Positions 20,301 to 27,089 are shown, counted from the stretch's first letter. The stretch is 32,000 nt of DNA from Salinibius halmophilus (GCF_003577475.1 NZ_QPEP01000001.1:81830-113829), one strand, 5' to 3'. Made by a program: numbers and translations. The notes: generated by a model not told the origin, from the letters alone.

Positions 20301-20731
20301 CATACCTGCTCTCCTTTACCGCTGAGCTTTTTCTGAAACAGTGCATTGGCTTTGCCAATATCATGAAACAGCCCACCAATGGCGGCAGCCAGTGATAGCA
20401 CCTGCGTATAGCGCCACCCATGCTCCCATTCGCCATGGGCTAGGTTGAGCTTTGTAGTGTTCACAGGCACTGTGCCATCTAGCGCAAACTTGCTGCGATT
20501 ACCAACAATCCAAATGAGCTCCGAGCGGCTGCGACTACGAAGCCAATGACAGCTCACTGCGGTACTGCGCGAGGCACTTTGGCGCAGCATTTTTTGCACA
20601 GTTTTCAGGCCATCTTCCGTAATAATGGTCTGCCAGGTGTTGTCCCCTATGCGGTTGGCAAAGGCATCCAGCACCCGCCTAGTTTTGGCAAGCGCCCGCT
20701 TTTCGCACTGGCTAACAAAGGTGACCATCAT
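17381..20731 (-). CDS. cas3: Cas2-Cas3 fusion nuclease/helicase (Cas2/3, type I-F)
   Basis: 1116 aa. It has a Cas2-like N-terminus (MMVTFVSQCEKRALAKTRRVLDAFA), an HD region (LFHDIGKAN...HH) and helicase motifs (ASTGCGKT, VLDEPDD, STATMP, RIQRH). It overlaps both cas1 and csy1 by 4 nt. Confidence 0.95.
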   Translation of the reverse strand: MMVTFVSQCEKRALAKTRRVLDAFANRIGDNTWQTIITEDGLKTVQKMLRQSASRSTAVSCHWLRSRSRSELIWIVGNRSKFALDGTVPVNTTKLNLAHGEWEHGWRYTQVLSLAAAIGGLFHDIGKANALFQKKLSGKGEQVWEPYRHEWVSFCAFLQLVDGKSDKEWLTQLAEISQANNGQLLDQKLCEALPNNQKVGEQFDQLASFAQLVAWLILSHHRLPLVHVTGDAPDLTKMKGWKSLLDESWNSANREKDCSEQALADNWHFPNGTPLKSSIWQHNASNLAQKALNCVDLFDEQNWLNQRFVSHIARMSLMLADHYYSSLPPEQSKAVWRDSTYTAVANTDRKTGKTKQQLDEHNIGVGLNALKFARNLPTLKLTLPALADHKFLKKKTNHKDFLWQNTAAQVAKKVASTTERQGFFGINMASTGCGKTVANAKIMYALADPNEGCRFSVALGLRTLTLQTGDSYRNLLKLDDDALAVLIGSQKIQDLHQLGKQTESKTGSDSANDPLAHLSVQYDGQIYDGRLKHWLAGNPKLEKMLSAPVMVSTIDHLMPATESLRGGKQIAPMLRLLTSDLVLDEPDDFSLADMPALSRLVNWAGMLGSRLLLSTATMPPALAESLFESYCVGRKYFDEANFNDGKPLQVQCAWFDEFSAEEQLIKRASEEEGVKAVFAQHHQKFIDKRLKALGPKLVKNRLGTCVPVIESDASVARRLAETIHQQIHQLHAKHHQTKSEKLSIGVVRFANIDNMVAVVKELVRLPSWENTAIHYCVYHSQFPLAMRSAKEAMLDRVLDRHDPEAIWQHDALKSASDKQNRIYVVLGTSVVEVGRDHDYDWAVVEPSSLRSIIQLAGRIQRHRKWPVADNNIAILNQNFKALLGKPLAFEKPGFETKGLPLVSHQVSDLMTNEQLQPISAQLRIQGPNSEALSQALNLGQTIEQAVKIDDFWLQEHRALAATLNKPKVLKKYRTKKEASLWWTCHGTWAGEFIRQTQFRRSDPQETFVYMCEEDGDPLTWHIVDDTSEMTYYLPAGQSRFNEEQVELATDVYWWQPDSAEAVMTRLANQFDMAGPATTKRFGELNLRAPRENEDPIRWHWHEQLGVFRRIKEKEQA

Positions 20732-21684
20732 GATTGGTAGTCCTCCAAGGCAATGCGTTTTACCGTATCAAACATAAAATCCAAGGCTTTGTGGTCAGCA
20801 AAGGCTTGCAGCACTTGCTGGCGAAATTCTTGCTCTGTCGCGCCTTCGCTGGCGCAAATGAAGGCCCATGGCAATACCAGTGCATCTTTAATAAGGTCCG
20901 CCACATCAAAAACCAAAGCACCGCGCCGAGTTTTACCGTGCATCACGGCAAAACCATGAGGAATGCCCAGCACCCATAAACAACTTGCTGCCAAACCGTA
21001 AGCTAAGTAATTGCCATGGTTTAAAAAATCATTAGCGGTATCGGCTGAGTCATGCTGGCGGGTGAATTCTTCGGTGCCTGTATTGTTAGCGGCATACTTG
21101 TAGATGGCTTTGGTGAATTGCGCTTCGCTGGTAAGCAAGTCGGTGGCTGAATTGGCGCGCTTGGTTTTTAGTTCCAGTTGCGCCAGTGCTTTCTCTACGG
21201 CGTGGTCATTGACATTAAAGCCCTGCTTTTTTAGCTCGCCATCTTTCGACCATACTTTTTGAATAAAGGCCATTCTGGCTTCTTGAAACTGGCGAGCAGC
21301 AACTAGGCGCAGTGCATCATCAAACCAGAATGACAGCCAGCCTTGCACATACTCGGTGGGGCGATATTCACTTTGTGGGCTAAGCCACTCTACTTCGGCA
21401 GCCATATGCAGCGGCGTTCCTCCGCCACCACAAAAGCCAACTAACACACCAGCCTTGGCAAGCATTCGCATGGCCGCCTGAGTAATGGAGGTACCTGTGC
21501 CGAGTAATATCACCGTGGTGTTTGCAATGGGGATATTGAAGTAATGATTTTCTTTTTTGCCCTCCGTGAGATACAAAACTCGGCCATCTTTTTGCATAAC
21601 ACGGCAATGCTCTAAGTAGAACAAATTGGCACGCTTAGAGTGCAAAATGGTCTTCATATCTAGCGATGAAAAATCATCCATCAC
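20728..21684 (-). CDS. cas1: CRISPR integrase Cas1 (type I-F)
   Basis: 318 aa. ILHSKRANLFYLEHCRV..., GTGTSITQAAMRMLAKAGV and LNHGNYLAYG fit I-F Cas1, as does its position first in the cas operon. Confidence 0.93.
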   Translation of the reverse strand: MMDDFSSLDMKTILHSKRANLFYLEHCRVMQKDGRVLYLTEGKKENHYFNIPIANTTVILLGTGTSITQAAMRMLAKAGVLVGFCGGGGTPLHMAAEVEWLSPQSEYRPTEYVQGWLSFWFDDALRLVAARQFQEARMAFIQKVWSKDGELKKQGFNVNDHAVEKALAQLELKTKRANSATDLLTSEAQFTKAIYKYAANNTGTEEFTRQHDSADTANDFLNHGNYLAYGLAASCLWVLGIPHGFAVMHGKTRRGALVFDVADLIKDALVLPWAFICASEGATEQEFRQQVLQAFADHKALDFMFDTVKRIALEDYQS

Positions 21685-21711
21685 TCAATCCCTCGTTATT
21701 TTTATCTAGAA

Positions 21712-21727
21712 TGGCATGCACATGCCA
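21712..21727. promoter_or_regulatory. inverted repeat TGGCATG-ca-CATGCCA in the 82-nt gap between the WYL gene and cas1 (operator or attenuator candidate)
   Basis: Perfect 7-bp arms read directly, 28 nt upstream of the cas1 ATG on the minus strand. No clear U tract follows, so it is not a canonical terminator. Confidence 0.25.
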
Positions 21728-21766
21728 CACTGCATACCCACTGATCATCCAACCAGTAAAACCGTT

Positions 21767-22609
21767 TTACCCCTTTGGCCAAAAAGAGTCTTTTATTCGC
21801 TCTCGGCATTTCGGCTCAAGCACTATCTGTTGCGCAAATGGATCTTCGTTGTAGCGGTCTACGCGTAATTCTTGCAGTGCATAGTTCAACAAGGCCTTGC
21901 GAGTGGTAAGCTCTAGCTGGCCGTTTTGCATTCCATATTCAAGTTCAACACATTTGCGGTTGTTTTCTGGTAGACGAGGATCTGAAATGATGGTTAGTAC
22001 TAACTTGTTGTGCCAGTCATCATCAAACTCGCCGGTGTGCTCAGGAAATCCTTCGCTGGTAATTTCGCCTTCCTCGGCAAAGCGCGCCAATACAAAATCG
22101 GCGAAACGTCGATTCTTCTCGCAATAGGCTCGTGTGTGATAACGTCCGCTGGCAAAAACAATACTATGGGGCTGAATGACTCTATGCTCATGCTGCCCGC
22201 TGGATACCGAGTAGTACTTGGCTTCGAATCTTGATTGAGTTTCGATGGCAAAAAGCAGCTTGCCAATAATTTCTGGCGCTTCACTTCGTTGGTAAGACAA
22301 TGGTGTTTGAATGCCACCTACCAACACAGGGTGCTTTTCAACAAAATCATTAAAGGTGGGAACACAATTACTAGTGATAGGCTGGCCAACAGGGGTATAT
22401 AAATTTACTTGGCCGAGTTTTTCTATCGCTACATACCCTGCATCAACGTAGGGTTGAAGCTTCTTTAGTGCAGTGGGCTTGGTAACATTAAAACGTTGCT
22501 CAATACCTTTTCTGGTAAAGGGTTTTCGCCAGTATAAGCAAGCCTCGATATAACTGGTAATACTGCAGTTGCCACCTTGCATAGCCATTTCCCATGTGAA
22601 CCAATTCAC
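21767..22609 (-). CDS. WYL-domain transcriptional regulator (wHTH-WYL-C-terminal extension)
   Basis: The N-terminus is HTH-like (FTRKGIEQRFNVTKPTALKKLQPYVDAGYV). The central segment FEAKYYSVSSGQHEHRVIQPHSIVFASGRYHTRAYCEKNRRFADFVLARF fits the WYL-domain pattern. It is co-oriented with, and immediately upstream of, cas1. The exact start (M1, M8 or M10) is uncertain. Confidence 0.75.
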   Translation of the reverse strand: MNWFTWEMAMQGGNCSITSYIEACLYWRKPFTRKGIEQRFNVTKPTALKKLQPYVDAGYVAIEKLGQVNLYTPVGQPITSNCVPTFNDFVEKHPVLVGGIQTPLSYQRSEAPEIIGKLLFAIETQSRFEAKYYSVSSGQHEHRVIQPHSIVFASGRYHTRAYCEKNRRFADFVLARFAEEGEITSEGFPEHTGEFDDDWHNKLVLTIISDPRLPENNRKCVELEYGMQNGQLELTTRKALLNYALQELRVDRYNEDPFAQQIVLEPKCRERIKDSFWPKG

Positions 22610-22834
22610 ACAATATTACAGAGTGGTTTCAGCTACTGCTACCCTATATTAAACGCATAACATTGACATATGTTTATAAATCGACCGATTTTTATTGCTA
22701 TACCTACCCTTTGGTATTGGCCATTATAAAACTAGCGCTCTTCGGGACTTTGAGTGGTAGCAAGGCTTGATACCCCACTGCTTTAGGTTGCCGGTGGCAA
22801 TGCAATAAACTGTCTTAACTGAACTGGCAATCAA

Positions 22835-22863
22835 AGCTCAAACAGTGTTACGTAGTTTGAGCT
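22835..22863 (+). promoter_or_regulatory. conserved leader palindrome, copy A1 (AGCTCAAAC-n11-GTTTGAGCT), start of a ~95-nt conserved 5' region
   Basis: The same element and downstream block (TAGACTTnTGnCC...TCTGCTATGnnTGAGTA...CAGCA-ATG) occur upstream of all four lipoprotein genes. Confidence 0.45.
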
Positions 22864-22930
22864 GTGAGGCGGTGGTAGACTTATGGCCAAATTAATCTGC
22901 TATGCGTGAGTAGACGATCAAGGACCAGCA

Positions 22931-23890
22931 ATGAAGAAGCACGGAATGTTCCTTGCCGCAGCAAGCGCCCTGTTGTTATCAGCCTGTCAATCCAACAAGT
23001 GCACACCATCCGAGACAAATGTTTGCATCGACAACAAAGAAGCTGCGGACATTATGCAAGAGATTTTGGATGGTATGGTGTTTATCCCCGCCGGTGAGTT
23101 TTACATGGGGTTAGTGCAAGGGCCTGAAGATGAAATGCCTGAGCGTAAAATCTACATGGATGACTACTTCATCTACCAAAGTGAGCACACTTGGAAGCAA
23201 ATTGATGCGTTTTATCGCCTATCTGGTTATGGCTATACCGATGGCGCCTGGCAGTGGGAGCCTGAGAGTGGCGTTGATTTGGGCGCAGAGCAACCAGCTT
23301 TCGCAGTTTACTATTATGACGCGCATAATTTTTGCCAATGGATTGGTGACTTGACCGGTTTGGATGCAGGATTACAAACTGAAGCACAGTATGAAAAAGC
23401 AGCAAAAAATGGTAACCGCAGTCATGTTTGGGCAACTGCAGATAACCAGTTTATTGAAGGGCGCGATTATCCAACAATGGAACAACGAACTGTCACGTCT
23501 CGAAGTGGTCACGGTGAGTCGGTATTATTGTATATACCCGTTACCAGCCAGCCTCCAAGCCCTAACGGCTTATATGGATTGCATACTAATGGTGAAGAAT
23601 GGACGGCGGATCTGTGGCGGTCTAAGTTTCTAGAGTTAGCGGCGGATAGAAACCCTACATTCCCTGTGCCATACGAAACTCGCCTAGCAGGCCGACAAAT
23701 CAACAATGATAAAGAACTCAAGGCTGGAGAGCGCTTTGGCGTTGCCGTTAGAGGTGGTGGGCCAGCGTGGGACAGATATAATATTCAGAATAGTTATATC
23801 CAACAACGCATTGCTCGAGACGGTAGGGGTACTAATTCACTGCGGTGTACTATCAACGCTAGTCAACTGCCTACCATTAATCAACCTTAG
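22931..23890 (+). CDS. lipoprotein with FGE-sulfatase/SUMF1-type domain, paralog A1
   Basis: Lipobox signal peptide MKKHGMFLAAASALLLSAC. Motifs of the FGE-sulfatase family: MVFIPAGEFYMG, LQTEAQYEKAAKNG, NGLYGLHTNGEEW, VRGGGPAW, SLRC. Confidence 0.85.
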   Translation: MKKHGMFLAAASALLLSACQSNKCTPSETNVCIDNKEAADIMQEILDGMVFIPAGEFYMGLVQGPEDEMPERKIYMDDYFIYQSEHTWKQIDAFYRLSGYGYTDGAWQWEPESGVDLGAEQPAFAVYYYDAHNFCQWIGDLTGLDAGLQTEAQYEKAAKNGNRSHVWATADNQFIEGRDYPTMEQRTVTSRSGHGESVLLYIPVTSQPPSPNGLYGLHTNGEEWTADLWRSKFLELAADRNPTFPVPYETRLAGRQINNDKELKAGERFGVAVRGGGPAWDRYNIQNSYIQQRIARDGRGTNSLRCTINASQLPTINQP

Positions 23891-23901
23891 TTTTTGCAGC
23901 T

Positions 23902-23936
23902 GAATACCTGCCGTAGCAGCGCTTCGACAGGTATTC
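23902..23936. terminator. bidirectional hairpin between the convergent A1 and mini-ORF genes
   Basis: GAATACCTG...CAGGTATTC has 9-bp arms. The paralogous copy at 27052-27085 is a perfect 15-bp stem. Confidence 0.55.
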
Positions 23937-23940
23937 GACT

Positions 23941-24081
23941 TTAAAATGCTCGGCTAACGCTTCGAATTTTGGGTTCTTGCAGCCAATTATCTGCCGGTAG
24001 AATAGGCTCAATGCCATCGTAAGGCTGTAATGACTCAAACCAAGTTGCAAGTTCGGCTTTATCGTCGCTATCACTGAGCAT
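23941..24081 (-). CDS. 46-aa micro-protein (MLSDSDDKAELATWFESLQPYDGIEPILPADNWLQEPKIRSVSRAF), copy 1
   Basis: Not in the ORF track because it is under 60 aa. Against the paralog at 27090-27230, 8 of the 10 differing codons are synonymous in this frame, and the overlapping 65-aa track ORF accumulates amino-acid changes. The SD is weak. Confidence 0.6.
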   Translation of the reverse strand: MLSDSDDKAELATWFESLQPYDGIEPILPADNWLQEPKIRSVSRAF

Positions 24082-24153
24082 GTTTGATTAAAACATACTG
24101 CTTTTGGTTACCAGTTACTACCCAATTCCCTACAAAAACAGTGTTAGTAATCA

Positions 24154-24184
24154 CAGCTCAAACAGTATTCCGTGATTAGAGCTG
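24154..24184 (+). promoter_or_regulatory. conserved leader palindrome, copy B1 (CAGCTC...GAGCTG, weaker stem), within a ~260-nt leader
   Basis: Homologous to the A leaders up to a vestigial ATG at 24251. This is followed by a 15-codon uORF (24251-24298) and about 55 more nt before the B1 start. Confidence 0.4.
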
Positions 24185-24353
24185 ACTGGCAATGTTAGAC
24201 TTGTGGCCCAACTATTCTGCTATGCGTGAGTATACGACCAAGTATCAGCAATGAGTACTGCTAGCCTTAGCATGTCATTAGCGACCACCGTTAAATAGAG
24301 CCAAACAACACAACATGGTAAAGTAATCAAAAATATCAGGGAGCGACTAGGTT

Positions 24354-25265
24354 ATGAAAAGAAATGCTCTGTTAATCGCGACTCTGCCACTGCTAGTAAG
24401 CGCCTGTTTTGGTGGTACGTCTTGTGAGCCAACCAAACAACAAATTTGTGTCGACGATGATGAATTTGCCGAATACCTTCAAGGTGTAATGGATAACATG
24501 GTATACGTTGAGCCTGGCGAGTTTATTATGGGTATTAACAACGGCATTCCCGAAGAAGGCCCGCCCATAGAAGTGTACCTAGACGGTTATTATTTATTTA
24601 ATACCAAACATTCGTGGCTAGGGTTTGAGTTTTTTGATCAGAGGTCTGGGGTAGAGCGAAAGAATAAAAAGTTCGCCTATAATCCCGACCCCGAATTTAA
24701 TCAGGGTCGCTACGGCGCTGACTTCGCTGGAGCATTGCTTTCTTGGAATGAAGCTGAGCAGTTTTGTCATTGGCTAGGCTCTGAGACAGGTTTGCCATTT
24801 GAATTGCCAAGCGAAGCGCAGTGGGAAAAGGCTGCTAAAGCGGGCAATGATGATTGGATTTATGCTACTGACAACGGCCAATTAGATTTTGGGCGGAATT
24901 TCTTTAGCAAAGAAGACCATCGCAAAGGGCTTTACCCTGGCCACGAACTACCTTCGAAGTATTTCCCTCCTAACCCATACGGCTTCTACGAGATGGCCTT
25001 CAATGGGGGCGAATGGATGCGAGATGGCTATGTGGATAACTACCATGAACTGGCCGAACGCGAAAACCCGGTTATGTTGCCTGAAGACTTTGGCCTAGAG
25101 CCGGGCCCGCATATTACAAGAGTATGGCGTAGTGATTGGTCACTGGCGCATGACCTTACATTGAACTACCTCCAGTCTAGAAAAACATCAAACCCAGTTA
25201 CCGGTACATTCAGTGTGCGTTGTGCCATTAATACAACGAAACCATTGCCAGACGTTAAGTACTAG
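24354..25265 (+). CDS. lipoprotein with FGE-sulfatase/SUMF1-type domain, paralog B1
   Basis: Lipobox MKRNALLIATLPLLVSAC. Motifs MVYVEPGEFIMG, LPSEAQWEKAAKAG, NPYGFYEMAFNGGEW, VWRSDW, VRCA. Confidence 0.85.
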   Translation: MKRNALLIATLPLLVSACFGGTSCEPTKQQICVDDDEFAEYLQGVMDNMVYVEPGEFIMGINNGIPEEGPPIEVYLDGYYLFNTKHSWLGFEFFDQRSGVERKNKKFAYNPDPEFNQGRYGADFAGALLSWNEAEQFCHWLGSETGLPFELPSEAQWEKAAKAGNDDWIYATDNGQLDFGRNFFSKEDHRKGLYPGHELPSKYFPPNPYGFYEMAFNGGEWMRDGYVDNYHELAERENPVMLPEDFGLEPGPHITRVWRSDWSLAHDLTLNYLQSRKTSNPVTGTFSVRCAINTTKPLPDVKY

Positions 25266-25285
25266 ATTACAGAACGATGGATAGC

Positions 25286-25693
25286 CTATTCGGCTATCCA
25301 ATCTACGATATAGTCTAATGGTCCATATAGCCAATCTTTCGGAGGATATACGTCGGCGTCAAAATCACCCTCCAACTCTTCAAACCAGCCTTTCAGTTCA
25401 TTAAGATACAACCCTAAGCCTAGTCTTATTTTGATCGCTTCTGCTGTTTCCTCAGCGAGTTGATACTTCACTTCTGTTGGGCGATTTGCATTCTGGGGGC
25501 CGTGGGGGCTTTCTAGAGTGTGTTCTAATACCTCATGAAATTCGCGACGCGTAGAGATACCATTAACTAAAAGGTACAGCATCGCTTTACGCTTCTTGCC
25601 AAACCAATCAATATCCCATGAGCCCGTGTCATCTATTAAAAACCATAGCCAATTACCAATTACTTCTGGCGGGGCGTTTTTCGCGCCGGGCAA
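25286..25693 (-). CDS. orphan copy of the C-terminal domain of the giant protein (135 codons, TTG start at best)
   Basis: Aligns end to end with the last 129 aa of the 28436..32000 protein, with about 83 of 129 identical by my manual count and the same ...DWIAE* terminus. Homology (NIDLWR against HIDFIR) continues about 12 codons upstream of the TTG to an in-frame TAG. There is no ATG and no visible SD. Confidence 0.5.
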   Translation of the reverse strand: MPGAKNAPPEVIGNWLWFLIDDTGSWDIDWFGKKRKAMLYLLVNGISTRREFHEVLEHTLESPHGPQNANRPTEVKYQLAEETAEAIKIRLGLGLYLNELKGWFEELEGDFDADVYPPKDWLYGPLDYIVDWIAE

Positions 25694-25838
25694 CGGGTAT
25701 CGCCACAGGTCAATGTTTCCCGAACCTTCGGTTCGAAAAACCTACCGGTTGCTACCGGATGTATGATTGCCTGTCGGTTGTACTGGGCGTTTTTTACCTC
25801 TCCTCTACAGTGCGGCCCTCTTTTTCTTCGCCGTGCGG

Positions 25839-25964
25839 TTATTCAAGGCAGTGTTCGAGCACTTCGTTGAACTCGCGCAGCGTAGAAATACCCTTGGCTA
25901 ATAACGACTGGTTAATCTGAACACCTGCTGTTATTGGTTGCCAATTACTCCCCAGCAACCTGCT
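25839..25964 (-). pseudogene. decayed third fragment of the same C-terminal domain (…LLGSNW…QSLLAKGISTLREFNEVLEHCLE*)
   Basis: The minus-strand translation matches LYLLKNGVSSRREFHEVLEHCLE of the giant protein. It is bounded by in-frame stops, and the region between the IGNW-like motif and the LLK motif is deleted. Confidence 0.55.
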
Positions 25965-25983
25965 TCAACATAGCCAGCAATCA

Positions 25984-26014
25984 CAGCTCAAACAGTGTTA
26001 CGTGGTTTGAGCTG
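25984..26014 (+). promoter_or_regulatory. conserved leader palindrome, copy A2 (CAGCTCAAAC-n11-GTTTGAGCTG)
   Basis: Perfect 10-bp arms. The 96-nt block up to the ATG differs from copy A1 at 6 positions. Confidence 0.45.
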
Positions 26015-26080
26015 TGAGGCGGTGGTAGACTTATGACCAAATTAATCTGCTATGTATGAGTAGACAATCAAGGATCAGCA

Positions 26081-27040
26081 ATGAAGAAGCATGGATTTTT
26101 GCTTGCCGCAGCAAGCGCCTTGTTGTTATCAGCCTGTCAATCCAACAAGTGCACACTATCCGAGACAAATGTTTGCATCGACAACAAAGAAGTTGCTGAC
26201 ATAATGCAAGAGATTTTGGATGGCATGGTGTTTATCCCAGCCGGTGAGTTTTACATGGGGTTGGTGCAAGGGCCTGAGAATCAAATGCCTGAGCGAAAAA
26301 TCTATATGGATGACTACTTCATCTACCAAAGTGAGCACACTTGGAAGCAAATCGATGCGTTTTATCGCCTATCTGGTTATGGCTATACCGATGGCGCAAA
26401 ACAATGGGAACCCGAACGCGGAGTCAACCTTGGCGCGAACCAGCCTGCCTATGCTGTTTACTATTACGACGCGCATAATTTTTGCCAATGGATTGGTGAC
26501 TTGACCGGTTTGGATGCAGGATTACAAACTGAAGCACAGTATGAAAAAGCAGCAAAAAATGGTAACCGCAGTCATGTTTGGGCAACTGCAGATAACCAGT
26601 TTATTGAAGGGCGCGATTATCCAACAATGGAACAACGAACTGTCACGTCTCGAAGTGGTCACGGTGAGTCGGTATTATTGTATATACCCGTTACCAGCCA
26701 GCCTCCAAGCCCTAACGGCTTATATGGCCTACATACCAATGGCGAGGAATGGACAGCGGATCTGTGGCGGTCTAAATATCTAGAGTTAGCGGCGGATAGA
26801 AACCCTACATTCCCTGTGCCATACGAAACTCGTCTAGCAGGCCGACAAATCAACAATGATAAAGAACTCAAGGCTGGAGAGCGCTATGGCGTTGCGGTTC
26901 GTGGTGGTGGGCCAGCATGGGACAGATACAATATTCAGAATAGTTATATCCAACAACGCATTGCTCGAGACGGCACTGGTAGCAACTCTCTTCGCTGCAC
27001 TATTAACGCCAGTGTGCTTCCTACCATTAATCAGCCTTAG
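26081..27040 (+). CDS. lipoprotein with FGE-sulfatase/SUMF1-type domain, paralog A2
   Basis: 319 aa. About 16 amino-acid differences from A1, clustered in a few patches. Confidence 0.85.
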   Translation: MKKHGFLLAAASALLLSACQSNKCTLSETNVCIDNKEVADIMQEILDGMVFIPAGEFYMGLVQGPENQMPERKIYMDDYFIYQSEHTWKQIDAFYRLSGYGYTDGAKQWEPERGVNLGANQPAYAVYYYDAHNFCQWIGDLTGLDAGLQTEAQYEKAAKNGNRSHVWATADNQFIEGRDYPTMEQRTVTSRSGHGESVLLYIPVTSQPPSPNGLYGLHTNGEEWTADLWRSKYLELAADRNPTFPVPYETRLAGRQINNDKELKAGERYGVAVRGGGPAWDRYNIQNSYIQQRIARDGTGSNSLRCTINASVLPTINQP

Positions 27041-27051
27041 TTTTTGCCGGT

Positions 27052-27085
27052 GAATACCTGTCGAAGTAAACTTCGACAGGTATTC
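27052..27085. terminator. bidirectional hairpin between the convergent A2 and mini-ORF genes
   Basis: GAATACCTGTCGAAG-TAAA-CTTCGACAGGTATTC is a perfect 15-bp stem. Confidence 0.6.
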
Positions 27086-27089
27086 AAGT

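Noticed and set aside
17381-20740. Several 60-116-aa + strand ORFs inside cas2-3 (for example 18187, 18804, 19311, 19829, 20546), and similar ORFs antisense to csy1-3, cas1 and the giant gene.
   Set aside because: They are antisense to strongly supported long genes and have no motifs or start signals. This is typical shadow-ORF behaviour.
22660-22700. TTGACA hexamer in the WYL/A1 intergenic region as a sigma-70 promoter.
   Set aside because: I could not find a matching -10 element at 16-19 nt spacing, so no promoter call was made.
23877-24074. 65-aa minus-strand ORF (and its 129-aa counterpart at 26834..27223) downstream of the A genes.
   Set aside because: The two copies differ by many amino-acid replacements and have different ends. 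The overlapping 46-aa frame absorbs the same nucleotide differences as synonymous changes. The 129-aa version also runs antisense into the A2 coding region.
25618-25920. 100-aa + strand ORF between B1 and A2.
   Set aside because: It lies antisense to the orphan CT cassette and the decayed CT fragment, whose minus-strand translations show real homology to the giant protein.
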